In this document: in pieces, positions 1 through 9,898 of the stretch
How positions within the stretch are numbered: the stretch's first letter is position 1
Layout: every line of letters begins with the position of its first letter
Source of the DNA: Thermoproteota archaeon
GTDB lineage: Archaea; Thermoproteota; Nitrososphaeria_A; Caldarchaeales; Calditenuaceae
NCBI GenBank assembly: GCA_030550235.1
Contig: JAUQPU010000001.1
Location: forward strand, 381,068 to 445,067
Reading direction: 5' to 3'
DNA: 64,000 nt
The notes under the pieces: model-generated
Database searches by the model: none
Told to the model about the DNA's origin: nothing
What the model saw: the letters and a program-made list of their open reading frames with translations, nothing else
Position numbers and translations under genes: made by a program

Positions 1-130
1 GAGAGCATCTCCCTAGAAAACTATCTGAGAGGCATCCTCCACATAGCCCTTCTCACAATAAACTTCGTACCATTTCTGAGGGGCGGTGATACGCCATATC
101 TATAAATCTGGGGCTAGTTCGAGTGAAAAC

Positions 131-142
131 AAATATATATTA
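131..142 (+). promoter_or_regulatory. Putative archaeal TATA box (aaatatatatta) upstream of rpl7ae
   Basis: AT-rich TATA-like element about 35-45 nt upstream of the ATG at 177; typical archaeal promoter spacing. Confidence 0.4.
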
Positions 143-176
143 TGCGCTCGACTGATTCGTTCATCGGTGCTTAGCA

Positions 177-560
177 ATGACGCCCGAGCTAAGCTTCTAT
201 GTCAAGTTTAAGACGCCACCAGAGCTAGCTAACGCCACGCTCGAGATAGTGAAGATGGCTAGGGAGACTGGAAAGATAAGGAAGGGCGTGAACGAGGTGA
301 TCAAATCAATTGAGAGGGGGCAAGCTAAACTGGTGGTTATCGCCGAGAATGTAGACCCCCCGGAGATCGTGGCCTTCCTGCCCTCTCTATGCGACGAGAA
401 GAAGATACCCTACATCTATGTTCCGAGGAAGGAGGACTTGGGAAGGGCGGCTGGCCTGGAGGTTTCATCAAGCAGCGTATCGGTTATAGACGTTGGAGAG
501 GCCAAGACGTATTTTGAGGAGATTCTGAAACAGCTTGAGAGGATTAGGCGGTCGGGTTAG
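177..560 (+). CDS. rpl7ae: 50S ribosomal protein L7Ae (kink-turn binding, also C/D and H/ACA sRNP component)
   Basis: 127 aa; strong resemblance to the L7Ae/L30e family (KGVNEV...KLVVIAENVDP...YVP motif); conserved position before S28e-L24e-ndk. Confidence 0.9.
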   Translation: MTPELSFYVKFKTPPELANATLEIVKMARETGKIRKGVNEVIKSIERGQAKLVVIAENVDPPEIVAFLPSLCDEKKIPYIYVPRKEDLGRAAGLEVSSSSVSVIDVGEAKTYFEEILKQLERIRRSG

Positions 561-605
561 CGTTAAATAGTTTCTGCCCACTTTTGTAAGGATGGCTCGG
601 GGCGT

Positions 606-809
606 ATGAGTAGCTCAGGTGTTCCCGCTGTTGTGGAGCAGGTTGTTGGGAGGACAGGGGTTAGGGGTGACGTTACCCAGGTAAGGGTAAGAATACTCGA
701 GGGAGCTGATGCTGGAAGGGTTATCACGAGGAATGTTAAGGGGCCGGTCAGGGTCGGCGATATCCTAATTTTGATGGATACTGAGAGAGAAGCTGAGAAG
801 ATTAGGTGA
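606..809 (+). CDS. rps28e: 30S ribosomal protein S28e
   Basis: 67 aa; PAEV(I/V)...GRTG..G.VTQV.V..L...GR...RNVKGP.R.GDIL.L.E.EREA motif characteristic of S28e. Confidence 0.9.
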   Translation: MSSSGVPAVVEQVVGRTGVRGDVTQVRVRILEGADAGRVITRNVKGPVRVGDILILMDTEREAEKIR

Positions 810-1012
810 GGAGAGCGGGTGTGCCAACAATGCATACATGTAGTTTCTGTGGTAGGAGTTTTGTCCACGGTACTGGAATGTTGCTAGTTAAGAGAGATGG
901 CGCGCTAAACTGGTTTTGTAGTAAGAGATGCTTCGTCTACATGGTGGAGCATAAGAAGGATCCGAGAAAAATAAAGTGGACTAGCTACTATGGCAAGGAG
1001 AGGCGCGCCTAG
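806..1012 (+). CDS. rpl24e: 50S ribosomal protein L24e
   Basis: 68 aa; C-x2-C...C-x-K-R-C zinc-ribbon L24e signature (CSFCG...FCSKRC); 4-nt overlap with S28e stop. Confidence 0.9.
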   Translation: MRRAGVPTMHTCSFCGRSFVHGTGMLLVKRDGALNWFCSKRCFVYMVEHKKDPRKIKWTSYYGKERRA

Positions 1013-1432
1013 TTAGTCCAGAATTTCATCCTTTGAGAAGAATATCTTATGCTCGTATTCATATGATTCTTGGCTATCGGATGCATGTATTATATTGCTC
1101 GTGATGTCGAGGCCATAGTCGCCCCTGATGGTGCCAGGACTAGCCTTGACAGGGTCTGTGGCCCCTACCATTAGCCTCACGACCTCGACTGCGCTTCTTC
1201 CTTCAAGAATAGCAACAACAACCTCCTTGCCAGTTATCGAGTCTATGAGGGATTGGTAGAATGGCTTCCCCACATGAATTGCGTAGAGTCTCTCGGCCAT
1301 CTCCCTCTTCACCCTCACTAGCTTTAGAGCTGCTATCCTAAACCCCTTAGATTCGAATCGTGAAATAATGCTGCCGACAAGCCCCCGAGACACTGCTATC
1401 GGCTTAAGCATGATAAAAGTTCTTTCAGCCAT
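1013..1432 (-). CDS. ndk: Nucleoside diphosphate kinase
   Basis: 139 aa; ERTF.M.KP motif and NxxHASD active-site histidine region; conserved archaeal neighbour of the L7Ae-S28e-L24e cluster. Confidence 0.9.
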   Translation of the reverse strand: MAERTFIMLKPIAVSRGLVGSIISRFESKGFRIAALKLVRVKREMAERLYAIHVGKPFYQSLIDSITGKEVVVAILEGRSAVEVVRLMVGATDPVKASPGTIRGDYGLDITSNIIHASDSQESYEYEHKIFFSKDEILD

Positions 1433-1468
1433 AGCAATATTTATGGGAAATGCGCCTATTGATATATA

Positions 1469-4400
1469 CTATCCCTGGATCCCCGTCTCTCTCTTGCGCT
1501 CCATGAGTAGGGGGGCTATTCTCTGACGGTTAATCCCCCAGAGCTCGCCCATCTCCATGACACTCATGTCGAGGACCCCTTCTGACAGTCTCTTAAAGGC
1601 TATGGATAGTTCCTGAGCGAGTTCTGTGTTGAGGACGAGCGGGATGTTATGGTCTGCCGCAGCCCTTCTTATCTCGTAGTCGATCTGTGGAATGTAGCCT
1701 GTGCTGGCCAGCATGCCTATCCTCCTCATCTTGATGGCTTTGACTGCTGCCTCGCTTCGAATCTCTGGTACCCCGGGTATAGGCATCTCCTCCAGCGTCA
1801 GGACCTCGTAGCCAGCCGCCTGCAGCACTTCAACCACCGTCTCAAACTTTGCTACAGTCCGAGTAGAGTCCGGGTATACCAAAATAGGGGCTTCCTTCGG
1901 TGGGATGGTGTTTGGTGTGGCCGAGAGCCAGCTCTTAAGCAAGGCCTCGTGAAAATCTAAGCCCAATGCAGCCACCTCACCGGTGCTCCTCATCTCCGGG
2001 CCGAGGAATGGATAGGAACCCCGAATCTGGGCCCATGAAAACTGGGGAGACTTCACACCCCACACAAGCTGCAGGGGGGCGAAGACCCCCTCGGATACCT
2101 CAGCCAATCTATCATCCTTCAGCTCGAGGCGCTCACCCAGTATACATCTGGTCCCATAACCCATCAGGTCGACGTTATAGATCTTGCTGCTGAAGGGCAT
2201 GGAGCGGCTACACCTCAAGTTGCATTCAATCACATAGACATCGCCTCCCTTGACTAGGTATTGTATGTTGAAGGGCCCCTTCACCTTTAGAGCTCTGGCA
2301 ATTAGTCCGGTGTATTCGGCTATCTTGGTGATTGTCTTTTCCTCTGTTCTATAGGGCGGGATTGAGATCGTTGCATCGCCACTATGCACGCCCGCATATT
2401 CTACATGGTCCATCGGAAGCATAAGGATGTTTGAGCCATCCGAGACACAGTCGACCTCAGCCTCTACGGCGTCCTCCACAAAATTGCTGATAACAACAGG
2501 CTTGTCAACATGTTTCGAGAGTTTCCCCACGAGTTCTTTGAGCTCATCCTCGTCATAGGCTATGAATACTGATGTTCCACTTAGGATATAGCTTGGCCGT
2601 AAGATGACAGGGTATCCAACTTCCTCAGCGATACGGGGGAGCCTGGCCAAGTTTGTAACAGTGGCCCACCTAGGTTGCTTTATCCCCAGCTCCTCTAGAA
2701 GTTTGCTAAATTTTGAGCGGTTCTCTGCAAACCCTACCGACGAGGGGTGTGTACCAAGTATCGGGACGCCACGCCTATCTAGCTCTTCTGCAACATTATT
2801 CCCTATCTGACCAGCAGAAGAGATAATGACTCCATCACAGTTCTGAATAGAGGCTATTCTTTCAATCGCCTCGGGCGTAAGCTCAGAGTTAATTAGAAAA
2901 TCGACTACATCCCAATCCGTCGAAACCGTCTCTGGATTATAGTTGATTATCGCAGCATTCTTCTCCATCTCTTTCAAGTTCTTATAGATGTTTACTGTCC
3001 CCCAGTCGAACTCTACAGAGACACCTATCCTGAAGCAACCAGCTCCCAGGACCAGGATTAACCCGTCAGAGTTCTGGCTTACTACATCATGCTCCATCCC
3101 TGAATATGTTGTGTATGAGTAGTTTGTCACTGCGGGTTTTTCTCCGGCCAGCGTGTCTATATTCTTCAGCCAGGGCTTCACCCCGTTTGCCAGGCATATC
3201 TCCACGCTCCTTTTCCCCGCTATAGCGGCTATCTGCTCCACAGTGAACCCGGCTTTAAGCGCCTCCCTAACAAGGGTCTCCCTTGTCTCAGGGCCTAGCG
3301 AGTCAAGCCGCCGGATAAGCGAGGCGATATTGACTATTTTCTCAACAGGCCTGAGGAAGAATGGGTCTACCCCCGTTATTCTGGAGATCTCGTCCACGGA
3401 TGAGCCTAGGTATAGGGCCTTTGCAACATCTATGAGCCAGTAGGGCCTGAACTGTTTTAGGCGCTCCATGATTTCTGAAAGGTCTTCCGAGTTGTTGAAT
3501 AGGTCTGGGCCGACTAGACCCATGAGGCCTGTGTCAAGCATCCTCGAGGACTTTTGATAGACCTCCTCCATGTTCCTACCTATCGCCATCACTTCGCCGA
3601 TGCTCATCATCTCCGACCCCAGAACCTCCTCCCTAGGCCAGAACTTGTCTAGGTCCCAGCGCGGAGCCTTCAACACTACATAGTCGAGGCTAGGCTCGAA
3701 GAATGCGGTCGTGCTCCGAGTTATCATGTTGAGAAGCTCGTCCAGCAGGTAGCCTAGGCAGAGTTTAGCTGCTATGTATGCGAGGGGATAGCCAGTCGCC
3801 TTGCTTGCAAGCGCGCTGCTCCGCGACATCCTCGGATTTGTCTCTATCACGTAGTATTCTCCACTCTTTTGCTCTAGTGCAAGTTGGACGTTACACTCGC
3901 CTACAAGCTTTATCGCCGATGCAACACCGAAAGATGCCTTTCTTAGGGTCTGGTATTCATTGTTAGTAAGTGTCTGGCTTGGCGCTACGACTAATGACTC
4001 TCCTGTATGAATGCCCATAGGTTCGATATTCTCAAGACACGCGACAGCAACCATGTTCCCCGTCCTATCCCTCATCACCTCATACTCAATCTCCTTCCAC
4101 TTCTCCAGATACTTCTCTACAAGGACGTTACCAACTATGCTGTGGGAGAAAGCCCTTGTTAGCTTCGCCTCCAGCTCCTCCCTCCTATATGCTATGAAAG
4201 AACCTCTGCCCCCTAGGTTAAAGCTGACGCGGACTATTACCGGGTAGCCAACCTCCTCAGCCGCCCTAACAGCCTCGCGGATATTGTTTGCTGGCTGTGA
4301 CGGAGGGACTGGAAGGCCAGCCTTAATCATTGTTTCGCGGAATATCGAGCGTGTAAGTGCCGCCTCAATCCCTTCGATGGGTGTACCCAGAACCTTCACG

Positions 4401-4726
4401 CCATACCTATCCAGGACCCCCTGGCGGTATAATTGGACCCCGACGCTCAGGGCGCTCTGTCCTCCGAAACCCACCATTATCCCGTCGGGCTGCTCCCTCT
4501 CGATTATCTTCTCCAAATACTCGACGGTGATTGGGGCTAGGTATACCCTGTCCGCCAGTAGGTGGGTTGTTTGGATAGTAGCGATGTTGGGATTCACAAG
4601 GACGGTTGAGACTCTCTCATCCTTAAGCGCCTTCAAAGCCTGACTCCCGCTATAGTCGAACTCTGCAGCCTCCGCCACCTTTATCCCGCCTGAACCTATC
4701 AAGAGAACCTTACTAACCGTCTCCAT
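1469..4726 (-). CDS. carB: Carbamoyl-phosphate synthase large subunit (ORF open to 4771; likely start METVSKVLLIGSGG at 4726, overlapping carA stop)
   Basis: about 1085-1100 aa; duplicated ATP-grasp halves, KVLLIGSG...IGQA.EFDYSG N-terminus and MGS-like C-terminus typical of CarB. Confidence 0.9.
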   Translation of the reverse strand: METVSKVLLIGSGGIKVAEAAEFDYSGSQALKALKDERVSTVLVNPNIATIQTTHLLADRVYLAPITVEYLEKIIEREQPDGIMVGFGGQSALSVGVQLYRQGVLDRYGVKVLGTPIEGIEAALTRSIFRETMIKAGLPVPPSQPANNIREAVRAAEEVGYPVIVRVSFNLGGRGSFIAYRREELEAKLTRAFSHSIVGNVLVEKYLEKWKEIEYEVMRDRTGNMVAVACLENIEPMGIHTGESLVVAPSQTLTNNEYQTLRKASFGVASAIKLVGECNVQLALEQKSGEYYVIETNPRMSRSSALASKATGYPLAYIAAKLCLGYLLDELLNMITRSTTAFFEPSLDYVVLKAPRWDLDKFWPREEVLGSEMMSIGEVMAIGRNMEEVYQKSSRMLDTGLMGLVGPDLFNNSEDLSEIMERLKQFRPYWLIDVAKALYLGSSVDEISRITGVDPFFLRPVEKIVNIASLIRRLDSLGPETRETLVREALKAGFTVEQIAAIAGKRSVEICLANGVKPWLKNIDTLAGEKPAVTNYSYTTYSGMEHDVVSQNSDGLILVLGAGCFRIGVSVEFDWGTVNIYKNLKEMEKNAAIINYNPETVSTDWDVVDFLINSELTPEAIERIASIQNCDGVIISSAGQIGNNVAEELDRRGVPILGTHPSSVGFAENRSKFSKLLEELGIKQPRWATVTNLARLPRIAEEVGYPVILRPSYILSGTSVFIAYDEDELKELVGKLSKHVDKPVVISNFVEDAVEAEVDCVSDGSNILMLPMDHVEYAGVHSGDATISIPPYRTEEKTITKIAEYTGLIARALKVKGPFNIQYLVKGGDVYVIECNLRCSRSMPFSSKIYNVDLMGYGTRCILGERLELKDDRLAEVSEGVFAPLQLVWGVKSPQFSWAQIRGSYPFLGPEMRSTGEVAALGLDFHEALLKSWLSATPNTIPPKEAPILVYPDSTRTVAKFETVVEVLQAAGYEVLTLEEMPIPGVPEIRSEAAVKAIKMRRIGMLASTGYIPQIDYEIRRAAADHNIPLVLNTELAQELSIAFKRLSEGVLDMSVMEMGELWGINRQRIAPLLMERKRETGIQG

Positions 4727-5846
4727 TCTCCAACACCAGTTTCTCAAACATTTCGAAGACGTAGAGAGCATCCCGCGGGCCAGGCCTCCCCTCTGGGTGA
4801 AACTGAACCGAGATCACAGGATAGGACTCGTGGACCAGACCTTCTATTGTCCCGTCATCGCAGTCTACAAACCAGGGCTTAAACCCAGCCCCCTCCAGTC
4901 TCTCCTCAGAGACAGCGTAGCCGTGATTCTGAAGCGTTATTACACGCCTACCTGTGACCAAGTCTCTGCAGGCCTTGTTGATTCCTCTATGCCCATATTT
5001 CAGCTTATATGTCTCGGCTCCAAGGGCCAGCGCGAGGAGCTGGTGTCCAAGGCAGACACCGAGCGTCGGTGTCCCGCTCTCTACAATCTCCTTCACAAGC
5101 TTTATTGCCATGGACATCTTTGCAGGGTTTCCAGGCCCGTTACTAATTACTATTCCTCTTGGTCCATATGAGAAGACCGCGTCAGAGCCAAGCCGCCCAG
5201 GAACCACGACAACACGGTACCCCATCTCTACAAGCCTGTGTATTATTCCATACTTTACTCCAAAGTCTACCACGACTATCGTGGAGCGTCCTCTATCATT
5301 GAAGATCGTTGGCTCTCTGTATGAGGAGTATTCGAAGATACGTGAGTCGTAGTCGACCTCTCGAGCCATCCTTAATAGCTCTTCCCTGTTGATCTCAGCG
5401 GGTGAGTCGGCGACCTGTACCGCCCCACCCATGACACCCTCCTCTCTTATCTTCTTCACCAACATCCTTGTGTCAACGTCCATCACGCCAGGAACGGAGT
5501 TCTCCAGGAGCCAGTCGCTGAGCGATTTCTTTGAGCATGGGTGGCTTGGCTCAGTAGCCTGTCCAACAATTAACGCCTCAATCTTTATGCCGTCTGACTC
5601 GAAGTCTGGCGGTACACCATAGTTTCCTATCAATGGGTATGTGAGTATGAGTATTTGACCGACGTATGAGGGGTCTGTCAGTGATTCTGTGTAGCCGTTC
5701 ATCGCTGTGCTAAACACGACTTCGCCGCTTCTCTTCCCCTCAGCTCCGAAGCCTTTACCGATAATGAAGGAGCCATCCTCGAGGGCGAGGGCAGCTGCCA
5801 TGCCCCCAACAATGCGCTTCACGAGCCCCTCCAAGGAATTATCCAT
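4713..5846 (-). CDS. carA: Carbamoyl-phosphate synthase small subunit (glutamine amidotransferase); alternative start at 5801 (MAAALALEDGS)
   Basis: 377 aa; CarA N-domain plus class-I GATase with catalytic GVCLGHQ cysteine motif; immediately upstream of and overlapping carB. Confidence 0.9.
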   Translation of the reverse strand: MDNSLEGLVKRIVGGMAAALALEDGSFIIGKGFGAEGKRSGEVVFSTAMNGYTESLTDPSYVGQILILTYPLIGNYGVPPDFESDGIKIEALIVGQATEPSHPCSKKSLSDWLLENSVPGVMDVDTRMLVKKIREEGVMGGAVQVADSPAEINREELLRMAREVDYDSRIFEYSSYREPTIFNDRGRSTIVVVDFGVKYGIIHRLVEMGYRVVVVPGRLGSDAVFSYGPRGIVISNGPGNPAKMSMAIKLVKEIVESGTPTLGVCLGHQLLALALGAETYKLKYGHRGINKACRDLVTGRRVITLQNHGYAVSEERLEGAGFKPWFVDCDDGTIEGLVHESYPVISVQFHPEGRPGPRDALYVFEMFEKLVLENGDG

Positions 5847-5909
5847 TCAGTCTCTATGATAATAGACATGTGTTGCTTCAAGGTATATACTTATTGACCG
5901 GTTTCGGTC

Positions 5910-6599
5910 ATGTGGATACTGGGCTTGTATCGAGATTGGTCTGTGAGTAAGGCGGTCCGCTACCTAATCGGTCTGGAGAAAGGATATAAGTCGGCGCTAG
6001 ACGGTGGATACGCCAATCTATCCGCCCTCGCCAAGCTCTTAAAACCGACCGTTGACGCCCTCATTGGGCGGGATGTCAAATACTCCACCATCGTAACGTC
6101 GTTGAAGAGGCTTCGAGCCCGTGTCCCTGTTAGGAGATTGGCCATAGCACAGGTCATTGCGAGAAGCAAGCTAGAGGCCAAGACTGGTCTGGCCAAGCTT
6201 ACACTGAAGCGGAATAGAGCCTCGCTTGGCATCGCGAGGGACCTGGCGGTGAGGGCGAGGGGGTTCTTCCAACTACTCGATGGAATAACGTCAATAACAC
6301 TGATCTGTAGCCGCGAGAGACTAGAGGAGGTTAAAAAAGAATTACCACGCCAACTAATTGTAGGTGAGTCGGAGAGTATTGCCGCACTCATAATTGTAAG
6401 CCCAGCCACAATAGAGAAAACCCACGGCGTGATCTCACATATCCTAGAGTGGTTGGCGTATAGGGAAATAAATGTCGAGGAGGTTATAAGCTGCTACAAA
6501 GACACCATAATTCTCGTGGCCACAGAGGATGGTGGGAAGGCATTCGATGCACTCAACGAGCTTATCTCGAGCTGTAAGCGAGTAGTTTCGAAGACCTGA
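5910..6599 (+). CDS. ACT-domain-containing protein, possible amino-acid-responsive regulator
   Basis: 229 aa; C-terminal half has an ACT-like bab-abb pattern (ITLICSRERLEEVKKEL...ILVATEDGGKAFDALNELI); divergent from carAB. Confidence 0.45.
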   Translation: MWILGLYRDWSVSKAVRYLIGLEKGYKSALDGGYANLSALAKLLKPTVDALIGRDVKYSTIVTSLKRLRARVPVRRLAIAQVIARSKLEAKTGLAKLTLKRNRASLGIARDLAVRARGFFQLLDGITSITLICSRERLEEVKKELPRQLIVGESESIAALIIVSPATIEKTHGVISHILEWLAYREINVEEVISCYKDTIILVATEDGGKAFDALNELISSCKRVVSKT

Positions 6600-6614
6600 G
6601 AATATTCAATGGAA

Positions 6615-8978
6615 TTATTTCTTCGCCTTCTTCACAGCTTCCAGAATTGTTTGAGGGGTTATTGGAAGCTGTGTAATCCTTAAGTCGATAGCCCTTGAGA
6701 CAGCGTTTGCAATTGCAGCAGCTACCCCTATTATCGGCGGCTCACCAAGACCCTTTGCCCCCAAGGTGTTAGCACGCGTGTCTAGTGGCTCGACGAATAC
6801 TGGCATTATCTCGGGTGCTTCGAAGCTTGTCGGTAAGAGATAGTCAAATAGGTTGGGATTGATTATCGAGCCGGATGCTGGGTCTACAGCCCTCTGCTCG
6901 AGGAGGGCGAATCCCAGCCCCTGCACTACGCCGCCTATCACCTGCCCCTCAGCTGTTAGCTTGTTAATTATTCTCCCCGAATCGTGGGCCGACGTAACCC
7001 TCAAAACCCTAACAGCGCCAGTCTCAACGTCCACCTCAACCTCGGCAAATTGAGCTGCGAAGGTCTCAACAGCATATCCGTCGGGATTTGGCCCCCTCGC
7101 ACCCCTACCAACAATAGCAAAGTCCCTAAGCTGCCTGAGGAGATCTTCGAGCCTGATCGACTTCTCACCTTCCTTTGTCTCTATCCTTCCATCCCTGAGC
7201 TCAAGTATCTCCGGTGGGGCGTCGAGAAACTGTGAGGCTATGTCTAAGAGCTGGTTGCGGGCGTCTATCGCTGCTGCCCTTACAGCGGGGCCCATTGAAG
7301 CCAGTGTTCCGCTTCCACCGCTCCCCGGCGAGAAAAGCTCCAGTGATGTATCTCCTATGACTACTCTAACGCGCTCGATGGGGACTGACAATTCCTCGGC
7401 TACTATCTGAGCTAAGACGGTTCTAGTCCCAGTTCCTATGTCTTGAGTTGATGTGAGTACCTGAATTGTGCCATCCATATTCAGCTTAACCTCAGCGTAG
7501 GCCGGCGGCCCTCCACCTCCCCACCAGACAACGCTGGCTAACCCTGCGGCCCGAACCTTGCCGTTCTCCTTCCTCACACTGCGAGCCTGCTCCCATCCAA
7601 ACTCTCTAGCACCTATCAGGTAGGCATCCCTCAGAGCCTTCGACGTATATCTCACACCACTCTCAGGCTCAACCTCTGCATAGTTTCTGAGCCTTATCTC
7701 AAGCGGGTCTATTCCAAGCTCCTCAGCAGCCATATCCATTATAGACTCTAGGCCGAAGGTACCCTCTGTGAACCCTGGAGCCCTCATCGCAGTGTGCGGG
7801 GTAGTGTTTGTGAATACCCCCCACTCAACTGTCTCTAGATTAGGTATCTGATAGAGCATTCTGTATGGCCCACCGACGAGCGGAACCCACTCGGCATAGG
7901 CACCCAGATTAATTATAGCCTCCAGCCTCATTGCCGTTATCCTTCCATCCCTCTTGAACCCTGCCTTGACCCTCTGTATCGACTGGGCCCTGCAGCCCGC
8001 GGCCAAATTCTCCTCGGTCCTAGACAAATATACCTTTACAGGCCTCCCAGTCATTCGGGAGGCGAGGGCCGCAAGAATCGTATGTCTCCCAGGGTCGAAC
8101 TTTGCCCCGAAGCCACCTCCCATATACTCGCACACAACCCTTACCATGGAGAGGGGGATTGAGAATATCTGGCTAAGCCTCTGCCTAATGTTGTTTATTG
8201 CTTGTGTAGACTCCCAGACCGTGAGCCCTATCGAAGTCCAGTGCGCCACTGCTGAATGTGTTTCTAGCGAGTTATGTAGGACGGCGCTTGTCCTGAAAGT
8301 CTCCTCTAAGACTACGTCGGCCTCCCCAAACCCTTGCTCTATGCTTCCCCTAGAAATCTTAGAGGGCCCACCGGCGAAGATGTTTCCGTCTGGGTGAACT
8401 TTAGGAGCGTCTTCCCTCATAGCCTCGACTGGATCGACGACGAAGGGAAGCCTCTCGTATTCGACAGTTATGGCCTCGACTGCGTCCTCAGCTACACCCT
8501 CATCCTCTGCCACGACGAAGGCAACCTCCTCGCCCTGAAACCTCAAAACATCTGATAGAATGTTTGTTAGACCGCCATACCACGGAATCTTAGGCACGTT
8601 TAGAAATGTAAATACTCCCCGAACACCTTTCATCCTTTCAGCGTCTGAGGTGTCAATGCGCAGGATGCGCGCGTGTGGGTAGGGGCATCTGAGGAATTTA
8701 CCCACCAGCATGCCTTTAAGCGATACGTCGACGGTGTAGGTTGCTGAGCCTGTGACTTTCGCGACACCATCTACAGTCTTCACTCTTCCACCGATATATC
8801 TAAAACTCGCCTCCGCAGGCCATGGCGAGATCTTCTCCTCCTCCTCAACTACGAACTCCTCCCTCCACCGTCCCTCAATCTCGGCTCTAGTCTTCCTAAC
8901 CCTAACCATCGGTATTCCTACTTCTTCGTTGCTAAATAAATGTTCAAAAGTCAAAGCATAGGCTTGTATATCATCCAT
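6615..8978 (-). CDS. Xanthine dehydrogenase/CO dehydrogenase family molybdopterin-binding large subunit (CoxL/aldehyde oxidoreductase-like)
   Basis: 787 aa; a/b-hammerhead and molybdopterin-binding domain motifs of the XDH/CoxL family; no CoxM/CoxS-like subunit genes adjacent. Confidence 0.8.
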   Translation of the reverse strand: MDDIQAYALTFEHLFSNEEVGIPMVRVRKTRAEIEGRWREEFVVEEEEKISPWPAEASFRYIGGRVKTVDGVAKVTGSATYTVDVSLKGMLVGKFLRCPYPHARILRIDTSDAERMKGVRGVFTFLNVPKIPWYGGLTNILSDVLRFQGEEVAFVVAEDEGVAEDAVEAITVEYERLPFVVDPVEAMREDAPKVHPDGNIFAGGPSKISRGSIEQGFGEADVVLEETFRTSAVLHNSLETHSAVAHWTSIGLTVWESTQAINNIRQRLSQIFSIPLSMVRVVCEYMGGGFGAKFDPGRHTILAALASRMTGRPVKVYLSRTEENLAAGCRAQSIQRVKAGFKRDGRITAMRLEAIINLGAYAEWVPLVGGPYRMLYQIPNLETVEWGVFTNTTPHTAMRAPGFTEGTFGLESIMDMAAEELGIDPLEIRLRNYAEVEPESGVRYTSKALRDAYLIGAREFGWEQARSVRKENGKVRAAGLASVVWWGGGGPPAYAEVKLNMDGTIQVLTSTQDIGTGTRTVLAQIVAEELSVPIERVRVVIGDTSLELFSPGSGGSGTLASMGPAVRAAAIDARNQLLDIASQFLDAPPEILELRDGRIETKEGEKSIRLEDLLRQLRDFAIVGRGARGPNPDGYAVETFAAQFAEVEVDVETGAVRVLRVTSAHDSGRIINKLTAEGQVIGGVVQGLGFALLEQRAVDPASGSIINPNLFDYLLPTSFEAPEIMPVFVEPLDTRANTLGAKGLGEPPIIGVAAAIANAVSRAIDLRITQLPITPQTILEAVKKAKK

Positions 8979-8989
8979 GAGGATTATGT

Positions 8990-9898
8990 GTGGGGTTGGG
9001 AGATAGGCAGGGGCGTCACTGTGTGGGGGCCGGCTTCGCTTTCCAGGTTCCTCTGCATCTGACGGGCTTCTTCTTCCCTGTATATGGCGAGAGGGAGGAG
9101 TTGACGGGCTCCCTCGGAGCTGGCCTCGTTATCGAGCCGGGCTTGAGGTGTATTGTGGAGAGGGGCGAGGGGATATGGTTTGAGGGCAGGCCCATAATCG
9201 GTGGACCGGCCCACAGCATCTATGAGGACCTGGGAGGGGGCTTCTCAATCACTCTCAGCGGACAATGCACCCCCGGAGCGGGCTACGCCTTCAGCGCAGC
9301 CTCAAGTCTAGCTGTTGCAGCCTGCTTCGCGTTATCGGGGAGGCTAGACGTTCTTGATGCCGCGCAGATGGCCCATACATACGAGGTTAGGCACAGGACA
9401 GGCTTAGGAGATGTCTTGGCGATATGGGATGGTTATGGCCTAGTCATGAGGAGGAAGCCAGGCTCGCCTGGAATAGGTGAGGTGGAGAGCATCAAGCTAG
9501 CCGACAAGATAGCAATAATAACCTCGGAGCTTGGAAGACTTCCTACAGAGAACCTCCTCTCAGCCTACCACAACAAGATAGTAGAGACTGGAGTGAGGAT
9601 GTATCAAGAGTTCCTCAGAGAGCCGACTCTCGATAACTTCCTCAGACTCTCAAACAGGTTCTCACGGGAGCTGGGGCTTGTGGATGAGAAGGTTGATAGG
9701 GTCATCAGGCCTCTAGAGCACCATATAATAGGCTGGTACGTGAAGAAGAGGGTGCTAGTGATTGTTGCAGAGGAGGCTGAAGTGGGGGAGGTTTCAGTAA
9801 ATATAGCCGCCTCACTCCCTATTGTTAGGGTCTTCAAGCCGGGTGAGGTTGAGTGGAGGAGATACCTCAAGACCATCCTCGATACGTCTCGCTCATGA
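8990..9898 (+). CDS. Pantoate kinase (archaeal CoA pathway, GHMP-kinase family)
   Basis: 302 aa; GHMP-kinase glycine-rich motif (P.GAGLSSSAA-like: TPGAGYAFSAASSLA); first gene of PoK-PPS-panB-panE cluster. Confidence 0.65.
   Translation: MGLGDRQGRHCVGAGFAFQVPLHLTGFFFPVYGEREELTGSLGAGLVIEPGLRCIVERGEGIWFEGRPIIGGPAHSIYEDLGGGFSITLSGQCTPGAGYAFSAASSLAVAACFALSGRLDVLDAAQMAHTYEVRHRTGLGDVLAIWDGYGLVMRRKPGSPGIGEVESIKLADKIAIITSELGRLPTENLLSAYHNKIVETGVRMYQEFLREPTLDNFLRLSNRFSRELGLVDEKVDRVIRPLEHHIIGWYVKKRVLVIVAEEAEVGEVSVNIAASLPIVRVFKPGEVEWRRYLKTILDTSRS

Noticed and set aside
1-108. Possible 3' end of a plus-strand gene (ESISLENYLRGILHIALLTINFVPFLRGGDTPYL*) at the window start
   Set aside because: Only 36 codons visible and no recognisable motif; cannot be supported as a feature.
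1649-4643. Multiple 60-130 aa ORFs on the plus strand inside carB (for example 1649-1960, 1966-2193, 3153-3443, 4284-4643)
   Set aside because: Fully antisense to a long, well-supported carB reading frame; Pro/Ser/Arg-rich compositions typical of spurious antisense ORFs in GC-rich coding DNA.
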